Shown here piece by piece: positions 30,960 to 40,358 of a DNA stretch of 64,000 nt. How positions within the stretch are numbered: position 1 is the first letter of the stretch; each line of letters begins with the position of its first letter. A program made the position numbers and the translations under genes. The DNA is taken from assembly GCA_004213515.1 (NCBI GenBank), contig SHAK01000001.1:86359-150358 (forward strand), given 5' to 3'. Under the pieces are notes generated by a model, which saw only the letters and a list, made by a program, of their open reading frames with translations, searched no databases and had not been told where the DNA came from. Origin of the DNA: Limisphaerales bacterium (GTDB taxonomy: Bacteria > Verrucomicrobiota > Verrucomicrobiia > Limisphaerales > UBA1096).

Positions 30960-33041
30960 ATGATAAATATTACAACAATAGGTAACATGCTTACTAATGT
31001 TTCAATCATTGGTGGAGTTGGTGCGGTGATCATATTTTTTGGCCTTCTTGCGATCGCAGTTCGATGCATGAGAAAAGTAGAACCTGGCACTGTAGGTGTT
31101 CGAACAGGAATTGGAGGAATAACGGTTAGAGACTCTTGGTGCGTGGTTCTTCCCCTTATTCACAAGTACGATATCATGGATATTTCAGTTAAACGGTTAG
31201 AAATAAACCGGCAGGGGACTGACGGCTTGATCTGTCAGGATAATCTGCGTGCTGACATTACTGTAGCTTTTTACATAAGGGTGGACAAACCTCAGGCACA
31301 GGAAGTAGCTCAAGCAGTAGGATGCGATAGAGCATCAGAAATTGACCAACTCAGACAACTGTTTGAGGCTAAGTTTTCTGAAGCCCTAAAGACCGCAGGC
31401 AAGCAATTCGAATTCACTTCTCTCTACACAGAGCGAGATCAATTCAAACAGTCTATTCTTGAGGTGATTGGTAAGGATTTAAATGGCTACCATTTAGAAG
31501 ATTGCGCCATTGACTACCTAGAACAGACTCCGCTGGACAAGATGGATGCCAACAACGTTTTGGATTCGATAGGTATCAAATTAATTAACGGAGTGACAGC
31601 GAAACAAGCGGAAGAAGCTAACCAGATTTTACGAAATAAAGAGAAGGAGATTAAACGACAGGATGTTGAAGCTACGGAGGCTATCCTTCAACTTGATAAA
31701 CAAAAAGCAGAAGCCGAAGAGCAACAAAAACGAGAGATTGCGACCATTACAGCACGTGAGGTAGCCGAAGCCAATAAAGTCACCGAAGAAGAACGATTGA
31801 AGGCGGAATCAGCAAGAATCAATACCGAACAGGAGCTCGGAGTAGCGGAGGAAAACAAGCAGCGGCAAATCATTGTAGCGCAGAAGAACCGTGAAAGAAC
31901 ACAGGCAATTGAAACTGAACGGGTAGAAAAAGACAGGTTACTTGAGGTTACCGAAAGAGAACGAATTGTAACTTTGGCCAACATCGAGAAGGAAAAAACT
32001 ATCGAAACAGAACAAAAGAACATTCAAGAGGTTATCCGGGAACGGGTTGAGCTTGAAAAAACGGTTGTCGTTGAAAAAGAAAAAATTAAAGACACAGAAT
32101 CGTTTGCTACTGCTGATCGTGAAAAACGTGTTTTAATAACTAAGGCAGAAATGCAAGCAGAAGAAGCTTTGGTAAAAGATATTAAAGCTGCTGAGGCTGA
32201 AAAGAAATCAGCTGAATTAGAAGCAGAACAGGAGAAGTATAAGCAAGTTCTTGCTGCTGAAGGAGCCAAAGAAGCAGCTGAGATGAAAGCCGATGAAATT
32301 ATGATTGCAGCAGATTCTGAGGAAAAAGCTGCCACAAAACTTGCAGCAGCCAAGAAGAGCGAAGCATCTGGAGTCACTGCACTGGATGCCGCAGCAGGAT
32401 TAGCTCAAGCTAATGTCATTTCCGCAAAAGCAGAGGCCAAGGAGAAAGATGGAACGGCTGAAGCAAATGTGATGGAGCTGAAATTTCAAGCAGAGGCTAA
32501 AGGTATTATAGAAAAGGCAGAGGCAATGAAGATCTTTGACGGTGTTGGCCGCGAACATGAAGAATTCAAGTTGAACCTGAATAAGGACAAGGAAATCGAA
32601 TTAGCTCAGATCGAAGTCCACAAGGATATTGCGGAACAGCAAGCTCTCATAGTTGGGGAAGCTCTCAAAAGTGCTAACATCGATATTGTTGGTGGCGATA
32701 GCGTGTTCTTTGACAAGATCACTAATGCTATAACTCAGGGCAAATCAGTCGATCGCTTAGCAAAAAACAGCCAAGTTATTACCGATGTAAAAGATACGTT
32801 TTTTAATGGTGACCCTGATTATTTTAAACAAAAACTTACTGATTGGGCTGGGGATTTCGGAATTACAAGTGACTCGATAAAGAACCTGACAATCTCTGCA
32901 CTCATCGGGCAAATGATTAGCGAATCAAAAGACTCGGGAAAAACCTCAATTTTAAAACAGGCTCTAGAAATGGCAGCGAATTTTGGTATCGCAGACAATC
33001 CTGCCAATTCGGTGATCAATTTACCTAATTCTGAAAATTAA
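30960..33041 (+). CDS. Flotillin-family SPFH/Band-7 protein with an extended Ala/Glu-rich coiled-coil
   Basis: An N-terminal TM anchor is followed by an SPFH core (GTVGVRTGIGGITV...) and then about 350 aa of EA-rich heptads. At 693 aa it exceeds the roughly 500 aa typical of bacterial FloT/YqiK. It starts 15 nt after the NfeD-like gene. Confidence 0.9.
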   Translation: MINITTIGNMLTNVSIIGGVGAVIIFFGLLAIAVRCMRKVEPGTVGVRTGIGGITVRDSWCVVLPLIHKYDIMDISVKRLEINRQGTDGLICQDNLRADITVAFYIRVDKPQAQEVAQAVGCDRASEIDQLRQLFEAKFSEALKTAGKQFEFTSLYTERDQFKQSILEVIGKDLNGYHLEDCAIDYLEQTPLDKMDANNVLDSIGIKLINGVTAKQAEEANQILRNKEKEIKRQDVEATEAILQLDKQKAEAEEQQKREIATITAREVAEANKVTEEERLKAESARINTEQELGVAEENKQRQIIVAQKNRERTQAIETERVEKDRLLEVTERERIVTLANIEKEKTIETEQKNIQEVIRERVELEKTVVVEKEKIKDTESFATADREKRVLITKAEMQAEEALVKDIKAAEAEKKSAELEAEQEKYKQVLAAEGAKEAAEMKADEIMIAADSEEKAATKLAAAKKSEASGVTALDAAAGLAQANVISAKAEAKEKDGTAEANVMELKFQAEAKGIIEKAEAMKIFDGVGREHEEFKLNLNKDKEIELAQIEVHKDIAEQQALIVGEALKSANIDIVGGDSVFFDKITNAITQGKSVDRLAKNSQVITDVKDTFFNGDPDYFKQKLTDWAGDFGITSDSIKNLTISALIGQMISESKDSGKTSILKQALEMAANFGIADNPANSVINLPNSEN

Positions 33042-33089
33042 TATTTTTCATTAATTATTCTGAACTAAAATAGCTTTTCACGTAGCATC

Positions 33090-36000
33090 ATGTCAGAAGA
33101 AGATGCAGAGCAAACAGTGTCTACCGAGGTAAAGCCTGCCTTGGAGGGAGGCACCTACGAAATCATCAAGCAACGGTTGCTGAAACAGGCAGGCGAATTA
33201 AAAAAGAAAGTCCAGCAACTTGATGAATTAAGGAAGAGTGTATTCGGGTCGGTTCCGATGGCTCTGAAAAAAGCGGAAAGAATCACGACAGAACACAATT
33301 GTATACCTCGGGATATGATCCGGGCTGTAAGTGATACTTTTATATTTGGTTATAATGTGCAATTCGGCTTAAAGACATCGGTTCAAATCAGTGATGTTTT
33401 TGCTATCTTTGATTATAAAGACGAAGCATTTCACCCCCTAAGCCTAGAACCACTAAAAAGTGGCCAATTCGAGCAGGATTTCGCTAATCTATATAAGTAC
33501 TACAAAGAAACTAAATTTGTTAAGTTTTCACAAATAGGCCCGTTTCTTTTTATGGTTTTTCGTGTTGGCAAAAACGTTACTGACATCAAAACATTCAAAT
33601 GGGCAATTCAGAACGGAGAATTACATTACGTCGATAACCGAAGCGATCATGAGTTTGTATTTCCAGATCAATACCAATTTGAATGGGTCAGAACGCATAG
33701 GGATTTGCATCGTTTTGGAGAACATCCTCACGTCTCAATTGAAGATACTGTATTTGTGGAATGTATCGGGGGTGACCTAACGATTAAAATTGAGGATAAC
33801 ACTGACTCTGGGTCGGGAATTTTGTCTGAAGAGGTCGAGTTTAAGGATCAAACTCTGGACGATGCAGAAATCTTTTTTGCTAAGATTGGCCAAATCATTC
33901 TGTTAAAAATTAGACCATTTCAGGAAAAAGAATTCAGATACTTTGTTTACAATAATAAGTTACGTGAGGTTCATCGGTTTGATGCTCTAAAAGATGCATG
34001 TTGCATACTTCCAGAAGGCCATGGCGTGATTGTTCCCAACGGCTATTATTTGATCAACGGACAAATTAAAATTTACGAAAATGATCTGACAGAGATGATG
34101 TTCGAACGAATGGTCAGTTCTCCTAATGGGGAAGATTACATGTATGTTTTTTATAACAGATTACAGGGTAATTATACCATTTTGCCATATAACATCATCT
34201 CTCAAAATGTAGACAATCCAATTTATTGTAATGGCTTTTCTCTATTTAAAAACGGGGAGTTGACTTACTTCCGAATGGATGATGAACCCCAAAAACATCA
34301 TGTTGCGCAAATCTGGCAAACTCCCTTTACACTAGAGGAGCTTAACAGCGAAACCAACAAGGACCACTTTTTATATCAAATCGGAAATAGGGATGTAGTT
34401 CGCTGTATGGCAGAATGCAGTGAAATATTAAATCTCGCGACTCGAGACTCAACATACGACGAATTGTATATAGACTTGGTCAAACGGTCTCAAGATGTAG
34501 TTGAGTCCTATTTCTGGATTGATAACGATGGACTAAATGGAATCGTAGATTGCATTAATCAAATAAAGGAGACTTCAGGCCAAGCTATAGATGAATTCAA
34601 CAAAGTAAACCGTCTTAAAAAGGAGGCAATCGAAAGGCTCAAAGCTGTAGAAACTAAGACTAAAGAGATTTTTAATGAGATTAGTCGGAGCGAGTTTGCG
34701 CTCATTGACGATTTTGTTTCTAGATTGGCCGAACTAAGAAAGATTCGTGGAGAAATCATATCTCTTCGGGATGTCCCATATGTTGACCTGGAAAGGGTGA
34801 ATACATTTGAGGAAACTGTTTCAAGCAAGACACTGCAGCTTTCTGAATCTTGTGTTGATTTTTTGTTAAAAGAAGAATCCTTGAATCCATATCGAGATCA
34901 CGTGGCTCAACTAAAGGGATCGCTTGGAAATATTACAAAGGTCACAGAGGGAAATGAACTTGTTGAAAATGTAAGCGAAGCCGGTAACGAGTTGGAAATG
35001 CTTATCGACATCGTTAACAACTTGAAAATTGAAGACTCAACGCAAGCGACAAGAATCATCGACCAAATTACGGAGATCTTCACTTCAATTAATCAGTTAA
35101 AAGTTGCTGCCAACAAGAAAATCAAGGAGTTGCATGGTGTTGAAGGTAAAGCACAATTCGCAGCACAAATAAGGCTCATAAGTCAGTCAGTCGTAAGTTT
35201 TTTAGACCTTTGTGACTCCCCTGAAAAATGCGATGAATATTTGAATAAACTCATGGTTCAACTTGAGGAACTCGAAGGTTCCTTTGCTGATTTCGATGAG
35301 TTTATTATAGAGATTGCAGACAAAAGAACCGAAGCATATGAAGCGTTTGAAGCTAGAAAATTAAACCTCATAGAAAGCCGTAATAAAAAAGCGGTATCTT
35401 TGGTTTCATCAGCTGAACGCATATTAAAGGTTATCAGCAACCGTGTTGAAGGATTCGATTCCATTAACGATATCAACGGATATCTGGCTGCTGATTTGAT
35501 GGTCGAAAAGATACGCGGCATCATAGATAATCTAAATTCACTCGGAGATTCTGTAAAAGCGGATGATATTCAAGGGCGACTTAAAACCATACAACAGGAT
35601 GGGATTCGTCAGTTAAAAGATAAAAAAGAGCTGTTTCAGGATGGGGAAAATATTATCAGATTCGGAAAGCATAAGTTTTCGGTTAACACTCAGGATCTAG
35701 ATTTAACTATTCTCAGCCATGACGGTGATATGTGTCTTCATCTAACAGGCACAAAATTCTTTAGTAGCATTAAAAATCCAAAATTTCTGGAAACAAAAGA
35801 TGCTTGGGCACAGGATATCATTTCAGAAAATCGCGATGTCTATAGATCCGAATACTTGGGCTATCAAGTGCTATTATGGCTTGAGCAAAACGGCAGTATT
35901 AGCATCGAAGAATTCCTAAAATTAAATGATGCAGAAAGATTGAAAACGGTTCAGGATTTCATGGCTCCCCTTTACGCTGAATCCTATACCAAGGGTATTC

Positions 36001-38675
36001 ATGATCAAGACTCCTTAAAAATTCTGGAAGCCTTAACTACTATTTATAAAGCACAAAAACTGGCCCGCTATTCTCCAACTGCCCGGGCCTGCGCTTTAGT
36101 TTATTGGAACTTGTTTTGCCCAGCTGAATTAAAGTCACTTTGGCAGGCAAAACTTGAGGCTTTTCAGGAGAAAAACACACTCTTCCCTGGGCTTCAATTA
36201 AATACATTATATGTAGATGAGATTGAGAAATTAATCAGTGATTTTACAGTAGAAGAAAGAATATTTGACCAATCCTTGACGCGTGAATCAGCAGAGTACC
36301 TTTTTCATGAAGTTGCAAATGGCAAAGGGCAAGTCATCAGTAAGGAAGGAGCTGAACTAATAAATGGTTTCAACGCACACCTGAAGAAAACCAACAAGGA
36401 ATTGAATTATGAAAAATCCATAAAACCGCTCGAAAATTACCCTCGTAATAAATATCTAGTGATTCGGGACTGGGCTTCAGGATTCGTCAGGTCTACTGGG
36501 AATGAAGAACTTATTCAATACGAGGAGGAACTCACTAGTTTATTGTTACTTAATCATTACGATACGAGATTTATTGTTAACGAATCTAATTCCAAAGAAA
36601 TAAAAAACATGGCCGGGTCGCATCCGGTTATAGTGGACGATTGCTACCATCTTGATTTTCATAAGTTTCAAAACAAACTGAAATTTTTTGCGGATCAGTC
36701 CGTTCCGAAATATGCGAAGTATTTGGAATTAAAATCCAAAGTCATAGAAGATGGTCGGAAAGATTTAAGATTAACAGAGTTCCAGCCAAAGGTTCTTACC
36801 TCGTTTGTGCGCAATAAACTCATTAATGAAGTTTTTCTTCCAGTTATAGGTGACAACTTGGCAAAGCAACTTGGTGCGGCCGGTGATAGCAAGCGCACAG
36901 ACTTAATGGGATTGCTACTACTAATCTCTCCACCAGGTTATGGTAAAACCACTTTAATGGAATATATTGCCAATCGAATGGGCTTAATTTTTATGAAAAT
37001 TAATGGCCCAACTGTTGGCCATGAAGTCACTTCTTTGGATCCCAGTGAAGCCGGAAATGCTGGAGCTAGAGAGGAAGTTCAGAAACTAAACTTGGCTTTG
37101 GAAATGGGTGACAACGTAATGATTTATTTGGATGACATTCAGCATTGTAATCCAGAATTTCTTCAGAAATTCATTTCGTTATGTGACGCCCAGAGAAAGA
37201 TTGAGGGAGTGTGGGAAGGCCGACCTAGAACATATGATCTTAAAGGAAGAAAAGTAGCCGTGGTAATGGCCGGTAATCCATATACTGAAAGCGGTGAGAA
37301 ATTTAAGATCCCCGACATGCTATCTAATCGGGCAGATACATACAATTTGGGCGACGTCGTTGGGGGTAATGCAAATGCCTTCAAGGCTAGTTATATTGAA
37401 AACGCCGTCACTTCCAACCCTGTATTACAACAGCTCTCGAATAAGAGCCAAAAAGACATTCAAACATTCATTGAAATTGGTGAAACCGGTTCGAGAGAAG
37501 CGGCAAATTTTGAATCCAATTATTCTGTGGCAGAAATTAATGAGATTGTCTCTGTAATGCAAAAAATGGTTATTGTTCGGAATTTTCTTTTGGATGTTAA
37601 TTTAGAATATATTCGATCCGCTGCCATGGCAGATGAGTTCAGAACTGAGCCGAGATTCCAGCTTCAAGGATCCTATCGAAACATGAATCGGCTCGCGGAA
37701 AAAATATTACCTATTTTAAACGACCAAGAGGTCGATGAATTAGTCATTGATCACTACAAAAGCGAATCTCAAACACTGACTACAGGAGCGGAAGCAAATC
37801 TACTGAAATTCAAGGAAATGTTCTCCCTTTTATCTCAAGAAGAAGAGGTTCGATGGAATGAAATCAAAAAGACTTTTAAGAGAAATCAATTATTAGGTAG
37901 CACAGATCAAAGTGATCCTGTCGGTCGTGTTGTCGCGCAGTTGACTTCATTTCAAGAAGGACTGGGGTCTATACAAACTACCCTTGAGCAAAAACTAAAC
38001 CCAGAAAAGACTAAAGATTTATCAATAGACCTTAATCCGCTTGTTGAGCAATTGGGATGCATAGGTGAAAAGTTAGCATCATCAATGGCCAACAGTGTTG
38101 AAGGGAATCTAAAAAAAAATGAGCAGCAAGTCAGCTTAGAATTAACCAGCGAAATTAATAATAAATTCGAATTAATCAAAAAAGAGATTCTTAATTTAAA
38201 GAATGATATTCGTGATGCTAATCAAGAGCAAAAAAATACCGATCAGCCAATTTTAAAATCATCCGAAGTAGAAGAGAAATTCAAAAAACTTAATGATGGT
38301 TTAACGAACATCAAAGCGAAAATTGAAAAATTTCCAAATGATGAATTAGGAAAATTCAAAGACGAATTTGAAAAACAGTTGAACACTAAACTTGAGCCAA
38401 TAACGAAGAACATAGACGAGATCAAAAATTTACATCAAGAAGAGTGGCCCAAAGAACTTGAATTGAAGGGCAAACAAGTCGAAAAGATTGAACAGTTGGT
38501 CATGGAGATTTCTTCTTTGGTTTCTCAAAAGCCTTCCTCCGTTCCAGCAATACTCAGGGCATTGATTAACAAGTACGATCTAGATTCGAAAGGTAACCCC
38601 GAAAAGAACAAATCTTCGGACCAAGTCAAGAATGACAGTAAGCTCAAGGAAGTGCTTGAGCGTTTCAAAAAATAG
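33090..38675 (+). CDS. Giant 1861-aa protein with a single central AAA_5-type (dynein/midasin/MoxR/McrB-clade) P-loop ATPase domain; the N-terminal ~1280 residues are unassigned, and the C-terminal region is a Lys/Glu-rich coiled coil
   Basis: Walker A GYGKTT lies at 36936-36953 (residues 1283-1288) and Walker B IYLDD at about 37125-37136. The following DIQHCNPEFLQKFISLCDAQRKIEGVWEGRPRTYDLKGRKVAVVMAGNP mirrors the AAA_5 pattern (hhhDEInra..v...L..ll.e.r.....g.......F.liATmNP). The gene starts 48 nt after the flotillin stop. Confidence 0.85.
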   Translation: MSEEDAEQTVSTEVKPALEGGTYEIIKQRLLKQAGELKKKVQQLDELRKSVFGSVPMALKKAERITTEHNCIPRDMIRAVSDTFIFGYNVQFGLKTSVQISDVFAIFDYKDEAFHPLSLEPLKSGQFEQDFANLYKYYKETKFVKFSQIGPFLFMVFRVGKNVTDIKTFKWAIQNGELHYVDNRSDHEFVFPDQYQFEWVRTHRDLHRFGEHPHVSIEDTVFVECIGGDLTIKIEDNTDSGSGILSEEVEFKDQTLDDAEIFFAKIGQIILLKIRPFQEKEFRYFVYNNKLREVHRFDALKDACCILPEGHGVIVPNGYYLINGQIKIYENDLTEMMFERMVSSPNGEDYMYVFYNRLQGNYTILPYNIISQNVDNPIYCNGFSLFKNGELTYFRMDDEPQKHHVAQIWQTPFTLEELNSETNKDHFLYQIGNRDVVRCMAECSEILNLATRDSTYDELYIDLVKRSQDVVESYFWIDNDGLNGIVDCINQIKETSGQAIDEFNKVNRLKKEAIERLKAVETKTKEIFNEISRSEFALIDDFVSRLAELRKIRGEIISLRDVPYVDLERVNTFEETVSSKTLQLSESCVDFLLKEESLNPYRDHVAQLKGSLGNITKVTEGNELVENVSEAGNELEMLIDIVNNLKIEDSTQATRIIDQITEIFTSINQLKVAANKKIKELHGVEGKAQFAAQIRLISQSVVSFLDLCDSPEKCDEYLNKLMVQLEELEGSFADFDEFIIEIADKRTEAYEAFEARKLNLIESRNKKAVSLVSSAERILKVISNRVEGFDSINDINGYLAADLMVEKIRGIIDNLNSLGDSVKADDIQGRLKTIQQDGIRQLKDKKELFQDGENIIRFGKHKFSVNTQDLDLTILSHDGDMCLHLTGTKFFSSIKNPKFLETKDAWAQDIISENRDVYRSEYLGYQVLLWLEQNGSISIEEFLKLNDAERLKTVQDFMAPLYAESYTKGIHDQDSLKILEALTTIYKAQKLARYSPTARACALVYWNLFCPAELKSLWQAKLEAFQEKNTLFPGLQLNTLYVDEIEKLISDFTVEERIFDQSLTRESAEYLFHEVANGKGQVISKEGAELINGFNAHLKKTNKELNYEKSIKPLENYPRNKYLVIRDWASGFVRSTGNEELIQYEEELTSLLLLNHYDTRFIVNESNSKEIKNMAGSHPVIVDDCYHLDFHKFQNKLKFFADQSVPKYAKYLELKSKVIEDGRKDLRLTEFQPKVLTSFVRNKLINEVFLPVIGDNLAKQLGAAGDSKRTDLMGLLLLISPPGYGKTTLMEYIANRMGLIFMKINGPTVGHEVTSLDPSEAGNAGAREEVQKLNLALEMGDNVMIYLDDIQHCNPEFLQKFISLCDAQRKIEGVWEGRPRTYDLKGRKVAVVMAGNPYTESGEKFKIPDMLSNRADTYNLGDVVGGNANAFKASYIENAVTSNPVLQQLSNKSQKDIQTFIEIGETGSREAANFESNYSVAEINEIVSVMQKMVIVRNFLLDVNLEYIRSAAMADEFRTEPRFQLQGSYRNMNRLAEKILPILNDQEVDELVIDHYKSESQTLTTGAEANLLKFKEMFSLLSQEEEVRWNEIKKTFKRNQLLGSTDQSDPVGRVVAQLTSFQEGLGSIQTTLEQKLNPEKTKDLSIDLNPLVEQLGCIGEKLASSMANSVEGNLKKNEQQVSLELTSEINNKFELIKKEILNLKNDIRDANQEQKNTDQPILKSSEVEEKFKKLNDGLTNIKAKIEKFPNDELGKFKDEFEKQLNTKLEPITKNIDEIKNLHQEEWPKELELKGKQVEKIEQLVMEISSLVSQKPSSVPAILRALINKYDLDSKGNPEKNKSSDQVKNDSKLKEVLERFKK

Positions 38676-38795
38676 AGGCAAACACGATGCCTAATTTTAC
38701 TGACTATATTGCTTGAAAAACCAGTTAATCATTAAGCGCTGTTTGAAGACAGCAGTAAAACCCTCCAAAAACTTTTAATAAATTAGATAAAAAAG

Positions 38796-38866
38796 TGGAG
38801 CGGGTGAAGGGAATTGAACCCTCGTGTCAAGCTTGGGCTTGCGTTATACCATTGAACTACACCCGC
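38796..38866 (-). tRNA. tRNA-like element resembling tRNA-Gly (acceptor stem, D-arm, T-arm and CCA intact) but with an anomalous anticodon stem-loop
   Basis: The reverse complement reads GCGGGTG-TA-GTTCAATGGTATAAC-G-CAAGC-CCAA-GCTTG-ACAC-GAGGGTTCAATTCCCTT-CACCCGC-T-CCA. Folded by hand, the anticodon arm gives a 5-bp stem with only a 4-nt loop. The element is 71 nt including CCA, about 3 nt short of a canonical tRNA. Confidence 0.5.
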
Positions 38867-38919
38867 AACTAATCTGGAATAGATTTTCTAATTAGTGTTT
38901 AAGTAAGGCAACTTTATGA

Positions 38920-40260
38920 TTATTTAAAAACCAATGTTCGAATAATCTTACCATTTCTATCCCATTCATAAACTTGCCCGTTTTCCGAACCTCCAAAGAA
39001 CCTCTTACCATCAGTTGTTACATCAAGGCTATAAATAAGGTCTTTAGCTTTAGCCCATGTTTTCACTGGACTCTTACTTGCCTCACTACAAAGCCGTAAA
39101 GCTCCATCATCACTGGCTGTAATTAATTCTGTGTTATTAGCAGGCCAAACAACTGCTGCAACATTACCTGGGTGACCTGTAACAAGATTTTTTTGCTCGC
39201 GAGTTTCAATATCCCAAATTTTTAATTCCTTATCAGCAGCTCCACTGGCTAAAGATTTACCATTAGGCTTAAAAGCAAGACTCATAATAGGAGCAGAATG
39301 AGCCTCAATTTGTTTTAGCTGATTCCCATCAATCAAATTCCAAAAGCGAATAAGTTTATCTTCCCCAGCAGTGGCTAAGTATTCTCCGTCTGGAGACAAA
39401 GTTATATCGTAAATAGTGCCATTATGTGCCGACCATTCTATTACATTATTCAAGTCTTCAGAATTCCATATAGATATTTTACTTTTTTCCCCTGACGCAT
39501 TACTGGCAGAAATCAGTGATCTAGAGTCGGCACTAAAAGCAAGTGCTGTAACTCGCCCTGGCAATTCTTCTATCTCTCCAAATAACAACCAATCTTTAGT
39601 ATCCCACAAGTTCACTTTTCTAAACCCTCCGGTAGCTAATAGTTTCCCATCTGGACTCCAAGCAATCGACTGAACCGCATCTTTATGACCATTAAGTTTT
39701 TTTCTAAGCAATGTCTTTGTAGATAAATTATTAACAACCACCCGGTTGCCGTACGCAGCAGCAAGTTGTTGATCATCAGGGGAAAGCGTCAGTGCAAATA
39801 CTGGTCGATAATCATTTGGAAGATCTCCCAATTCGGAGGAAGCAACTATCCTATTTTCGATATCAAGCTCACTTGTGATCCAAGTTGGACCATCAAGAAT
39901 CCACTGACTTAAGATATTAATCTCATCATCACTCAATTGTTGTTTAGGTGGCATGTGAGGGTCGCTGATTGGTTTGATTAAACGAATAATCCTGCTTTCA
40001 TCAGGACTACCATCAATAAATGCAGAACCTTCTAGCCCCCCAATACGCGCTGTTTGATATGTAGTAAGATCGAGTTTTCCCTTACTTTTTTTTGGATTAT
40101 GGCAATTAACACAATGGTCACGCAAGATATGCATAGCATTTATAGCCAAATCGGAATCTTCCAAATCTTTAGCATTAGTATTTTCCAAATTAAATAATGC
40201 CAGCACAACGGCAATTACCCTTGCAACGGAAAAAAGTAATTGGATTATTAATAATCTCAA
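38920..40260 (-). CDS. Secreted WD40 beta-propeller protein with an N-terminal planctomycete cytochrome-c-like (PSCyt1) CxxCH domain
   Basis: A signal peptide is followed by CVNCHNPKKSKGKLDL. Repeated WD motifs occur (e.g. AWSPDGKLLATGG) and the protein is 446 aa long. Confidence 0.8.
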   Translation of the reverse strand: MRLLIIQLLFSVARVIAVVLALFNLENTNAKDLEDSDLAINAMHILRDHCVNCHNPKKSKGKLDLTTYQTARIGGLEGSAFIDGSPDESRIIRLIKPISDPHMPPKQQLSDDEINILSQWILDGPTWITSELDIENRIVASSELGDLPNDYRPVFALTLSPDDQQLAAAYGNRVVVNNLSTKTLLRKKLNGHKDAVQSIAWSPDGKLLATGGFRKVNLWDTKDWLLFGEIEELPGRVTALAFSADSRSLISASNASGEKSKISIWNSEDLNNVIEWSAHNGTIYDITLSPDGEYLATAGEDKLIRFWNLIDGNQLKQIEAHSAPIMSLAFKPNGKSLASGAADKELKIWDIETREQKNLVTGHPGNVAAVVWPANNTELITASDDGALRLCSEASKSPVKTWAKAKDLIYSLDVTTDGKRFFGGSENGQVYEWDRNGKIIRTLVFK

Positions 40261-40358
40261 AGTGTAAGGGCATTTAACTCGATATAATTAACCTAAGCGA
40301 GTTCAGTATTTTCTATTTCTAGTTGGCCGATTGAAAAAATTAGAGTAATAATAGGTCT

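Noticed and set aside
31688-32377. Two antisense ORFs (111 aa and 117 aa) inside the flotillin gene, translating to Ser/Ala/Phe-rich low-complexity peptides
   Set aside because: They are the reverse-strand reading of the GAA/GCT-rich coiled-coil codons of the flotillin. They have no start context and arise from the compositional bias.
30270-38919. The possibility that the flotillin/ATPase module is a mobile genomic island integrated at the tRNA
   Set aside because: There is no integrase, transposase, or direct-repeat partner within the window, and its GC content matches the flanks. Only the degenerate tRNA hints at this, so it is kept as a finding about the tRNA rather than called a mobile element.
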